DNA from: an uncultured Pseudomonadales bacterium | Lineage (GTDB): Bacteria; Patescibacteriota; Microgenomatia; UBA1400; PJMF01 | Assembly: GCA_964614795.1 (NCBI GenBank) | Contig: CAZTME010000002.1 | Span: 1 to 25,763 of the forward strand | Length of the DNA stretch: 25,763 bases | Direction of reading: 5' to 3' | In this document: positions 9,563-17,603 of the stretch, in pieces | How positions within the stretch are numbered: the stretch's first letter is position 1 | Layout of the letters: every line of letters begins with the position of its first letter | Notes under the pieces: generated by a model | What the model was told of the DNA's origin: nothing | Seen by the model: only the letters and a program-made list of their open reading frames with translations | The model's database searches: none | Made by a program: the position numbers and the translations under genes

Positions 9563-11296
9563 TTAGTTATTAGATAAATAATGCAAATTAATTTCACCCA
9601 CTTGTACGGAATCTCCACCAGCGTCTGCCCTGAGCTGAATACGAAAAGTAACATAGGCGCCGGCCGTCCAGGTTCCACCACTTATTCCAATTGTGGACTC
9701 CGTCCAATTTGTACCTGCAACCTGGGATCCACCCGCATTATTTAAGACTCCGGCAGTGTCAAAAACATAAACAGTTACCGCATTATTCGTGTTATCTGTT
9801 CTTTTGCCATAGATTTGTATAGGATTGTTCGCCCATCCGGAAAAATTATCCGGTACTCGCCACCTTACCCAAATTTCATAATCTTGAGGCGTAGCTTGAG
9901 AAGTTGTCCAACTATAGTAGTTGTGCAAATCTCCAGCAGTGCTACACACTGTGGTATTGGTGGCGGGAATGCCCCCAACTCCACTAGAAGCCGCACAAAA
10001 ATCTGAGGTGAGAGTACCGGAATTATCACTGCCATCTCCGGTAAGAGTGGCTCCGGGATATTCAGGCACAATAGCCACTCGGCGTGTTGGTCTTGCCGTC
10101 CCGGCATAGCTTGGCCCACTAGATTCGCTGAATGTAAATGTATTGCTTCCTTCGCCAAGAATGACCGCGTCACTGGCATTGATGCTCAAATTACCACTGG
10201 CGGTGATGTTGTTTGAATTAACCGCTAATGCCCCGCTACCCAACGTTAAACCTCCACTCGTGACCGAAATTCCACCACCCGCAACAGAAATTCCACCGGA
10301 ATTAACCCCAAGCGCATTTGCTAAATTCAATCCTCCCGATGTTGTAAAATCCGTACCAGCATTACCAATATTTGTAATAATAAAATTTGACATGTCAATA
10401 CCGGTGGTAAATCCACCACCGGCATTGGAAAACAGAATTCCAGTTGTAACAGGACTGCTTAAATTACTGTTTCTGACTTCTATGATCGTGGATGTAGCAT
10501 CTCCCAAAACTGCCAGTTCCGCTTGAGGATTTGTTGTACCTATACCCACGTTACCGGAACCGCCTGGAAGAATTGCCAAATGTTCGTTTGCTGGCGTGGT
10601 AATATCGGAAGTGGCACCGGCAAAAACCAAGCCCGTACTTCCAATTGTTTTATTTAAAAATGTCTCAGTCTCTGCCAACGTCGCCAAAGTTCCCGTTGTT
10701 GGCAAAGTTAAATTCGTAATTCCACTGCTATTTAAGGTCACATTGTTATCACCGCTAAACTCAATAATTGCGTCTGGAATACTTAGCGTTCCAGTTGTAT
10801 CGATCACGGTTAAACCCGCTACCCTTTCAGCATTAAATGCATATGGAACGGCTGTGAAACGCACTCTGGGTGACATTTCTCCATCATTGTTGAAGTTAAT
10901 TCCCAGAAATAACAAATCAGAATTAAAATCTATTGATTCTGGAATCGAATTGACAGCGCCCAAACTAACCTGAAAAATTCCATCCTGAACATAAACTTGA
11001 TTACTGGTTGTTCTCACTTCTGTCCAAAGAGGCGTGCCATTTTGGGAAACATCATAAAGAGAAAAAGTCACGTCATAATTACCATTTGCAATATTCATGC
11101 CAGTATTAGTGACAATTTTTCCCTGAAAATTAATTTGTCGATTTATGCCAGTCGCGGCATGAACAGAACTATTTATTCCAATCAAGAAGCCGTGATTGAA
11201 CAAAAAAAGATACAAAAATAGAAAAAGGTATAGTAACCCCTTCCCCATAAATGAAAATAGTAGCCAAGATAAACTTGGGTTGATCTCACTGCGCAT
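9563..11296 (-). CDS. Secreted tail-fibre-like surface protein
   Basis: Signal peptide ending 'SSVHA|A'. N-terminal 'INFQGK..YDVTFSLY..LWTE..V.DGIFQVSLG..FLGI..EMSPRVRFTAVPYAFNAE' domain, a 'GNVGIGTTNP' fibre motif, Gly-rich 7-residue repeats, and a C-terminal globular domain 'PEYPGATL..HNYYSW..DYEIWVRWRVP'. No S74 chaperone visible. Confidence 0.75.
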   Translation of the reverse strand: MRSEINPSLSWLLFSFMGKGLLYLFLFLYLFLFNHGFLIGINSSVHAATGINRQINFQGKIVTNTGMNIANGNYDVTFSLYDVSQNGTPLWTEVRTTSNQVYVQDGIFQVSLGAVNSIPESIDFNSDLLFLGINFNNDGEMSPRVRFTAVPYAFNAERVAGLTVIDTTGTLSIPDAIIEFSGDNNVTLNSSGITNLTLPTTGTLATLAETETFLNKTIGSTGLVFAGATSDITTPANEHLAILPGGSGNVGIGTTNPQAELAVLGDATSTIIEVRNSNLSSPVTTGILFSNAGGGFTTGIDMSNFIITNIGNAGTDFTTSGGLNLANALGVNSGGISVAGGGISVTSGGLTLGSGALAVNSNNITASGNLSINASDAVILGEGSNTFTFSESSGPSYAGTARPTRRVAIVPEYPGATLTGDGSDNSGTLTSDFCAASSGVGGIPATNTTVCSTAGDLHNYYSWTTSQATPQDYEIWVRWRVPDNFSGWANNPIQIYGKRTDNTNNAVTVYVFDTAGVLNNAGGSQVAGTNWTESTIGISGGTWTAGAYVTFRIQLRADAGGDSVQVGEINLHYLSNN

Positions 11297-11367
11297 GCGG
11301 TTACTACCAGTTTAACCTGGTATACCTCGAGTGAACAAGTGAAACATAAAGTATCTTATTGATCTTT

Positions 11368-11383
11368 AGTATAACTAAGTATA
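11368..11383 (-). promoter_or_regulatory. Possible -10 elements upstream of the fibre-like gene
   Basis: Two TATACT hexamers on the minus strand, 10 nt apart (11368-11373 and 11378-11383), in a 156-nt intergenic gap. No good -35. Confidence 0.25.
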
Positions 11384-11452
11384 TCCTCTACTGTTCTAAG
11401 TGGTACTAATTTGTCTTAGATGAGACGTGATAGTAATAGAAGAAATGAAAAA

Positions 11453-12547
11453 TTAATACTCTGCCACTGCTAATAATAAAAAATTGGCAACATAATCATT
11501 AGCTGCGGGTGTTAGAAAATCAGTTCTGGCTTTTACTGAAAGAGATGCGACACCGTTATTGATTTTATTTTGAGAAGAATGCAATATGACTTGAGCGTTA
11601 TTATTTAAACTGCCAACTACATTACCTCCTCCATTAAATGGTGCAGCAGCGGCAATCGGTCCACCGGATGATTGATTTATAGAATGAACTTGAATGCCCA
11701 CTCCTTCATTCATTGAGTCCAAATTTCCAGCAACCAGTGGTATGGAGTGACCGGTGGTGACACTTTGCAATCCCGGATCAAGAGAAACCCCTAGAATTTT
11801 CATGCCATCTTTGGCATTAGTTTCCATGCTTATCCAAATTTTTTCGGTGCTGGTTATTGTATTTCCGGGTGAAACTTCTCCCAATGAAAGCACAAAAGGC
11901 GGTAATGAATTGTCATTATTTTGACTGACATTAAAGTTAAAATTCACTTTTAAAGGAGATGTCTGTGCAGATACTGATTCACTCCATGGTCCTTGAGTAA
12001 AAATTCCGTGCCTGGCCATCACGCGAAGCTGATAGCTGGTATTTGGCAATAAACCGACAACATATTGACCAGAATTCGCCCCCCATTCAGCATGTGTTTG
12101 CCAGTTATCTTCACTCAATGAAATTGATGTTGTACCATCACTTTTTACAAAAGAAGTAGTAACAAAATTATCAGTGGAAATTGAAAGAGCAAATTGCGCA
12201 TCTGTTGGAAAATCAGAATTATCAAGAATGAAAAACAATTTGTTATAGTCATCATCCACATTTTGCCAAATAGGAGGATTTGGCTTTGCTGACATTTGCA
12301 CATTCATTAATCCAGGTAAAAGAGAAAATAATGAAGAGCTAGAGTTTGATGCAGTCATCTCTCCTGAAAGAGCATGCAAACCGTATGCCGAACTGGAAGC
12401 ATTATTTAAACCTCCACTACCAAAAGCATGAGATTCAAGGGTGTAGGTATTACTGGTAGGCATAATCAATAAAAATAAACTTAACATTGAAAAGTTTTGA
12501 AGTCTTGAGAAAAATGAGAAAGTATTTTTAAAGCAATTCATAAGCAT
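11453..12547 (-). CDS. Secreted protein with FN3-like middle domain and C-terminal WxL/Csu-like domain (paralog of the C-terminal domain of 15269-16288)
   Basis: N-terminal 'SNTYTLESHAFGSGG..SSSAYGL' module; FN3-like 'VVGLLPNTSYQLRVMARHG'; C-terminal 'LGEVSPG..TNAKDG..LQS..GHSIP..TPAANDYVANFLLLAVAEY'. True start may be a downstream Met. Confidence 0.7.
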   Translation of the reverse strand: MLMNCFKNTFSFFSRLQNFSMLSLFLLIMPTSNTYTLESHAFGSGGLNNASSSAYGLHALSGEMTASNSSSSLFSLLPGLMNVQMSAKPNPPIWQNVDDDYNKLFFILDNSDFPTDAQFALSISTDNFVTTSFVKSDGTTSISLSEDNWQTHAEWGANSGQYVVGLLPNTSYQLRVMARHGIFTQGPWSESVSAQTSPLKVNFNFNVSQNNDNSLPPFVLSLGEVSPGNTITSTEKIWISMETNAKDGMKILGVSLDPGLQSVTTGHSIPLVAGNLDSMNEGVGIQVHSINQSSGGPIAAAAPFNGGGNVVGSLNNNAQVILHSSQNKINNGVASLSVKARTDFLTPAANDYVANFLLLAVAEY

Positions 12548-13166
12548 CTATAAAAGACCTCAGTAAGCTATAACTATCGGTTGTTACTCTGGGTAATTGA
12601 TATAGTCCGATGACAATTAGTTTATCATTTTTCCGAGCAAAGAACGCAAGTTCTTGTTCCGCGGCGATAAAAAGATATTCATCAAATCTATTGGGATCAG
12701 AAAATAATACATTGGCGCTTTTATAAAGTTGAGGATTATTTAATCGATAGTTTACGTCTGGTACTTCCTTCAATGAAAGAGATGTTAAGGAAAGTTTTCT
12801 AGTCACTATTGTCAATGAGGCTCTGGGAATATCCAAACTGCCCAAAAACACACAGTGATTATCATTTTCATTAATTCTAGCCGATCTAAATTTTAATTGT
12901 TTCTTAACTTTAAAACATGAGGTATTGGGTTCAAGTATTGTGAGTCTTGATTCTCCATGGAGTATTTCTTCAGAATTAATCCATTGCAAATCATGATGAG
13001 TAGTAACAAATTCTTTAACTCTGGGTGATAATTCCTTTGCATCATTACCTTTAACTTGACTAGTTGACCAAATTCGCAAATTTAACGATAAAAAGAATAT
13101 TGAAAAAATAAAAATGATTCCGAAAATCGACCAATGCCAGTATCTGGAAAGAAATTTATTTAGCAT
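12528..13166 (-). CDS. Hypothetical single-pass membrane protein
   Basis: 212 aa, TM 'WSIFGIIFIFSIFFLSL', one Cys pair. Overlaps both neighbours (20 and 11 nt), consistent with an operon gene. Confidence 0.6.
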   Translation of the reverse strand: MLNKFLSRYWHWSIFGIIFIFSIFFLSLNLRIWSTSQVKGNDAKELSPRVKEFVTTHHDLQWINSEEILHGESRLTILEPNTSCFKVKKQLKFRSARINENDNHCVFLGSLDIPRASLTIVTRKLSLTSLSLKEVPDVNYRLNNPQLYKSANVLFSDPNRFDEYLFIAAEQELAFFARKNDKLIVIGLYQLPRVTTDSYSLLRSFIDAYELL

Positions 13167-14073
13167 TAATTTTTTTTCTTAACTGATACTTAAATGTGAG
13201 AAATAAAAATATAATAGTTAATAACACCAAAAAAAACCAAAAAGAAAAATAAGTGCTCCAATTTTTCCAAGAGAATGCTGTTTCGTCTGTACCAGCTGAA
13301 CCTTTCAAAGATATTTGAAAAATCGAAACTGGAAATGTCCAATTCTGATGAGAAATTGGCACTTCAATAATCTTGCTCGATCCGGAAAAAACTTTTTGTG
13401 AATCCATATTTATAATTCCGGTTGCAATGATTCGACCAAAAATATCCGTAATTTCTATCTTTCCTCTAGGGGTAATAAAAGAATTACCATTATTTGCAAA
13501 TTCTAATTGCAGTTTATCAGCTTTGAAAAACATAATCGGCCAAGACCAACCTTTCACTTTATTCAATGAAAGAGATACTTTTTCATCAACTTTATAATTA
13601 ATAAAAATAATGGAAATTAAACCCTGGGTGAGTGAAGAATTGTTTTCCGATTCATTCAATTGATTTTCATAAGCCAAAATTGCAACTGTATTTCCACCCG
13701 CTAGCAAATGATTATTGGCTGTAATTTCTATTTCCACTTCACTACTTGAATTCCCGGCAATTTCTAATTCTGGCGTACTAATTTCGATGTATTTCGGAAT
13801 ATTTGTAGTTTCTAAAACTCCGGACTGATCAAAAGAAATGAGAGGCAATTGTTTGATTGGGTCATAAAAAACCGGAAGTAATTTCAGTGAAATTCCATAT
13901 TCAAAGGGATTTTCTATTTTCAATTTTGCCACCGCCACTTCATTAAAATTATTAAGTTGTATGTCTTGATAAGCCGGAGAAATACTTAAAGCTTTTAAAG
14001 CGGAAGGATGAAGAAAAAAACTCATCAACAATACAAGAAGCAGAACTCTGGAAAACCAATGTGCGATACTCAT
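13156..14073 (-). CDS. DUF916-like (WxL-interacting / PapD-like Ig) protein with C-terminal TM anchor
   Basis: Signal peptide 'ALKA|LSISP'; 'YIEISTPELEIAG..EVEIEI'; 'LEFANNGNSFITPRGKIEITDIFG'; C-terminal TM followed by a basic tail 'RKKINAK'. Confidence 0.7.
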   Translation of the reverse strand: MSIAHWFSRVLLLVLLMSFFLHPSALKALSISPAYQDIQLNNFNEVAVAKLKIENPFEYGISLKLLPVFYDPIKQLPLISFDQSGVLETTNIPKYIEISTPELEIAGNSSSEVEIEITANNHLLAGGNTVAILAYENQLNESENNSSLTQGLISIIFINYKVDEKVSLSLNKVKGWSWPIMFFKADKLQLEFANNGNSFITPRGKIEITDIFGRIIATGIINMDSQKVFSGSSKIIEVPISHQNWTFPVSIFQISLKGSAGTDETAFSWKNWSTYFSFWFFLVLLTIIFLFLTFKYQLRKKINAK

Positions 14074-14079
14074 AACAAA

Positions 14080-15246
14080 TTAGTTTTTCAAGCGCTTTTT
14101 ACGCAGAAGGAAAAATGGAGAAATAATCGCCCAAACAAGCAAACCTATAACTAGAATCGCTCCAGCAATAATTCTCCATGGAATAACCCAAAAACTCAAA
14201 GTCGCTTCCACCGGCACGTCTCTTTCACCATTATCATACACAAAAAGCAGGTTGGCAGTGTATTCGCCAAATCTAAAATGATTAGCAGTGGACCAATCCC
14301 AACTCAATCTTCTTTGCGGTTTGCCGTTCTCATCTGTGTAGACTTCATAATTGGGAAAACCTTCCAACCAACTCAATTCATATTTTCTGGAAGATTGAGG
14401 CAAAACCAATCCTCCGCCAGGATTAAGATTAAGAATTGCTACATCTTTTTGATCTTGACTATCAATGAAAATTGTACCCTTTGGTTGAGTGGCCACATTG
14501 CCAGAATTTTTAATCGTCACTTCAAAAGTGGCTGGTAAAAATTCATAAATGCGCTGAGTTGAAATAAAAGACTCCAAACTCAACTCTTTTACAGCTAAAG
14601 GAGAATTAACCATTGCAATCACCAAAACAGCTGGAATACCGGAGATGACCGCCGTATCATTACTATTTATAACTTCTTCTTGTCTTTTAACTAAAATCGC
14701 ATACAAATAGCCCAAAGCCGCGTCTGCTGGAGGATTAAAATCAAAAGGGACAGAAACCCATTGACCTGGCTCGGCAGTAAATTTTGGCTGAGAAAATTTT
14801 ATCCATTCTGCATAGTAATCTTCAGAGGTAAAATCTTCAATTCTCGGACGAGATCCGGTTTCATCTGCTCTGAATTTTGCGAGAGATAATTCCAAATATT
14901 CTGTCTGAGAACCGTTATTAAGCACCTTGATTTCAGAGGAAATTGGCACACCCGGATCTGTTTCCAAATTTAAAGAAATTGGTGAAACAGTTAAATTAAT
15001 CGGAGATGAATTTTTTACCTCTTCTTGAATTTCGGAAGAACTTGTGGAAATTTCCGACTGCAAAATCTCGCTTTTTGTTTGCGCATTAACCATCAATTCA
15101 ATTGGTGGAAAGAAAAAAACAAAAAGGAGTGTTAAAATCAACACTCCTTTTTGAAAAGTACTCATTTTTGTACAAATATTTAATTTTCTTGAACAATTAA
15201 GTTTATGTTTGTTGCATGAAAAATGAGATATTATTGTTTTTTTCAT
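14080..15246 (-). CDS. DUF916-like (WxL-interacting / PapD-like Ig) protein with C-terminal TM anchor
   Basis: 'LTVSPISLNL..PG....EIKVLNNG', 'WIKF..EPGQWVSVPFDFNPPADAALG..YAIL', 'IKNSGNVATQPKGTIFI', 'VLPQSSRKY', 'FGEYTANL', then 'FWVIPW' + TM + 'RKKRLKN'. Confidence 0.8.
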   Translation of the reverse strand: MKKTIISHFSCNKHKLNCSRKLNICTKMSTFQKGVLILTLLFVFFFPPIELMVNAQTKSEILQSEISTSSSEIQEEVKNSSPINLTVSPISLNLETDPGVPISSEIKVLNNGSQTEYLELSLAKFRADETGSRPRIEDFTSEDYYAEWIKFSQPKFTAEPGQWVSVPFDFNPPADAALGYLYAILVKRQEEVINSNDTAVISGIPAVLVIAMVNSPLAVKELSLESFISTQRIYEFLPATFEVTIKNSGNVATQPKGTIFIDSQDQKDVAILNLNPGGGLVLPQSSRKYELSWLEGFPNYEVYTDENGKPQRRLSWDWSTANHFRFGEYTANLLFVYDNGERDVPVEATLSFWVIPWRIIAGAILVIGLLVWAIISPFFLLRKKRLKN

Positions 15247-15268
15247 GCGATAATATTTTCAATATTAC

Positions 15269-16288
15269 TTAAAAATTGCCGGCAGCTACAATGGTTAATG
15301 TATCTGTGTAATCAGTGGCGGCGGGTGTCAAACCGCTAATCGTCACACGTGGAATCAATCTTACCACCTGATTGGCAGAAGCTCCGTTTGAAGAAGCGAA
15401 TGGCGAAAAACTGGTGTTTGACAAATCTCCTCCGGCGCTTGTGCTTCCACCATCATATTCGGCGTTAATACTTAAGGTTCCTCCCGTACCAGCTGCTTGA
15501 AGATCGGCATCGACTACGTAGCCGGCAACACCGGGAGTTAATGTTGAAGGAGCACTATTCACCGCTCCGGTGTTAGGAATAGAACCACCGGAAGCTACAG
15601 AGTTTAATGCTTTATTGGCGCTTCTTAGCCATGCCACCCATCCATTTCCTGCATTTGTGGAAATTTCCACATCCACACCGGATCCTGAAGTAACTGCACT
15701 CGAACTTAAAGTTCCTAGTGATTGAGAATTTCCGCTTAACGAAAGTGAAAAAGTGGCGGGAACAGTGGCGGAAACAGTATCATCGGCAATAATTGAAGTG
15801 GCGTACTGTCCAGAATCTACTTCAACATCCCCGGAGGTGGTAACAGCAATCTGTCCAACTTGATCGCTGCCCGCCGAGCCATTCGTTAAAGTAGAAGTGC
15901 CGGAAAAATTAAAACAATGCAAATCGGTTGTTGAGATATTGGAGATTGGAAAAGTCACAGTTTGCCCAGAAACTGCCGTAGCGGTTGCAACGCCGGGCAT
16001 CGCAGTCGCTCCAGCAGGCAAGTTACTGGTGGTAACAGTCCAATTACCAGCTGTACCGTTCACTGTAAAACCAGATGGAAAAGTGACTAAAACTTTGGCA
16101 TCGGTAGAACCAGTTGTGGCTAATGCCAAACAAACCGTACCACCGGTGTTAGCGGAAGCACTCATTCTGTCCAATCGTAAGGAAGCTTGCGATAACTGAG
16201 CAGCTTGCGCTTGAACCGGTGACAAGGCAATCAATCCCAGAGTGGCAACTCCACTGACTACATATGAAAAAATGCGAGAGTTGGGCAT
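15269..16288 (-). CDS. Secreted two-domain protein with C-terminal WxL/Csu-like domain; candidate major structural subunit of the cluster
   Basis: SPase I signal ending 'VQAQA|A'; Thr/Gly/Ser/Ala-rich; N-terminal domain with a Cys pair; C-terminal 'LGTLSS..STNAGNGW..SIP..TPAATDYTDTLTIVAAGNF'. No TM or LPxTG anchor. Confidence 0.75.
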   Translation of the reverse strand: MPNSRIFSYVVSGVATLGLIALSPVQAQAAQLSQASLRLDRMSASANTGGTVCLALATTGSTDAKVLVTFPSGFTVNGTAGNWTVTTSNLPAGATAMPGVATATAVSGQTVTFPISNISTTDLHCFNFSGTSTLTNGSAGSDQVGQIAVTTSGDVEVDSGQYATSIIADDTVSATVPATFSLSLSGNSQSLGTLSSSAVTSGSGVDVEISTNAGNGWVAWLRSANKALNSVASGGSIPNTGAVNSAPSTLTPGVAGYVVDADLQAAGTGGTLSINAEYDGGSTSAGGDLSNTSFSPFASSNGASANQVVRLIPRVTISGLTPAATDYTDTLTIVAAGNF

Positions 16289-16401
16289 ATTGTTAAACTC
16301 TTTCTATGGTTATGTGTAATAAATGCACACAACCTAATATCAACTGTAACGTAGTACAGCAGATTGCAATGGTTGTAGTCAATAGTACAAAAGCGTTCTA
16401 T

Positions 16402-17277
16402 TTAGAACAATTCCACTTCAAACTCACTCTCATCATCTTTTTTCTCATCTAAACTATATACATCACGATAATCACTAACTCCCAAATATTTGGCTTCATT
16501 TCTCAAAACTGCTTCAAACGGCAGGCAATATCTGCAACCATTTTTTCCGTTTGAGCAAGGAAAATGATTTAGTTTTCGAGCAAGAATTATTTTTTTAGCC
16601 AAGCTCATAACTCTATCATGAGCTTCAATTAAGTCTGGCAATTGCTTGATGACCGGATCATCGCTTTGCTCAAGATACCAGTAACTGGCATCTAATACTT
16701 TTTTATGCTGAAGTTTGTCCACTAACAAGTGATAAATTGGCAGTTGCAAGGAGTTTTCATCTTCACGACCTTTGCCGGTTTTAAAATCCACAATTCTCAC
16801 AGCATCCTCTTCGGGCAGATATTCCAACCAATCGATTTTGCCACATAAAATAAGCTCATCTTCTGGAGAAATCCAATAATAAGGCAAATCATTTTTAACT
16901 TTGATTTTTATTGCCAATCGATTTAGCGGTCCAGGATTTCTCTCAACTCGTCTTAGCATTACCTCAGCTCTTTCTTTGAATAATTTTTCCTGATTATTAG
17001 AAGAAAAACCACCAATCGCCCCTGAGTATTTTGGCCATAATTCATTAAGCCGTGCAATTAATGATTTTGAAAATCTTTCTTGTAGAGGCAGAAGAGATAA
17101 GCTTTCTAAAACTCCATGAACCGCTTGACCAAGACTTAAGGATGGCGAAGCGATTTGCATTTTGCGTCTGGTTTTGGGATTTTTATAAACATTTTTTAAA
17201 TAATAAGATCTTTGGCACTGCGTAAAGTCCCGCAAAGAAGAATGAGAGATCCAGGTGGCAGAAAATTTATCCGGCAT
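16402..17277 (-). CDS. PD-(D/E)XK nuclease family protein (RecB/AddB/Cas4-like, PDDEXK_1 type)
   Basis: 'SHSSLRDFTQCQRSYYL', 'GQAVHGVLE', 'GKIDWL..IVDFKTG', 'QLPIY', C-terminal Cys cluster 'CSNGKNGCRYC'. Confidence 0.88.
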   Translation of the reverse strand: MPDKFSATWISHSSLRDFTQCQRSYYLKNVYKNPKTRRKMQIASPSLSLGQAVHGVLESLSLLPLQERFSKSLIARLNELWPKYSGAIGGFSSNNQEKLFKERAEVMLRRVERNPGPLNRLAIKIKVKNDLPYYWISPEDELILCGKIDWLEYLPEEDAVRIVDFKTGKGREDENSLQLPIYHLLVDKLQHKKVLDASYWYLEQSDDPVIKQLPDLIEAHDRVMSLAKKIILARKLNHFPCSNGKNGCRYCLPFEAVLRNEAKYLGVSDYRDVYSLDEKKDDESEFEVELF

Positions 17278-17547
17278 AAATATTTTATGATTAGGCGACT
17301 TAGCTAAAGAAAAAATTACTGATTAATACTATCTTTAAGAAAAGTCTCAATACTTTTTCAAATTAAATTAATGCAACACTATATAGACTTGTCACACAAT
17401 GTCATAAGATTACTTTGACAAATTAATATCTGAGCTTTTGTCCGACAAATCTTTTACTTTTATATGTTAACAGATAATTGCAAGTCAATTTTTATTAATC
17501 CAAAATTCATTATAGTTTTCTCAGAAGAAAAGGGGGAAATTACAAAA

Positions 17548-17580
17548 TTGGGCCGGCTGGATTGCATCCAGCCGGCCCAA
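17548..17580 (-). terminator. Intrinsic terminator downstream of the major pilin gene
   Basis: Perfect 15-bp inverted repeat ttgggccggctggat-tgc-atccagccggcccaa, followed on the minus strand by TTTTGTAATTT; 23 nt after the pilin stop. Confidence 0.85.
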
Positions 17581-17603
17581 AAACTTTCATCAACAGTTAA
17601 ACT

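Noticed and set aside
9815-11221. Plus-strand ORFs opposite the fibre-like gene, and similar short antisense or alternate-frame ORFs elsewhere in the track
   Set aside because: Shadow ORFs of Gly/Thr/Ala-rich genes; no recognisable motifs, and they overlap well-supported genes.
12528-13166. PsbP/DcrB-like fold for the 212-aa membrane protein
   Set aside because: Based only on a vague beta-beta-beta-alpha pattern at the C-terminus; no diagnostic motif.
16402-17603. Cas4-like gene suggesting a CRISPR-Cas locus
   Set aside because: No repeat-spacer array and no cas1/cas2 or effector genes in the window; the adjacent intergenic region has no regularly spaced repeats.
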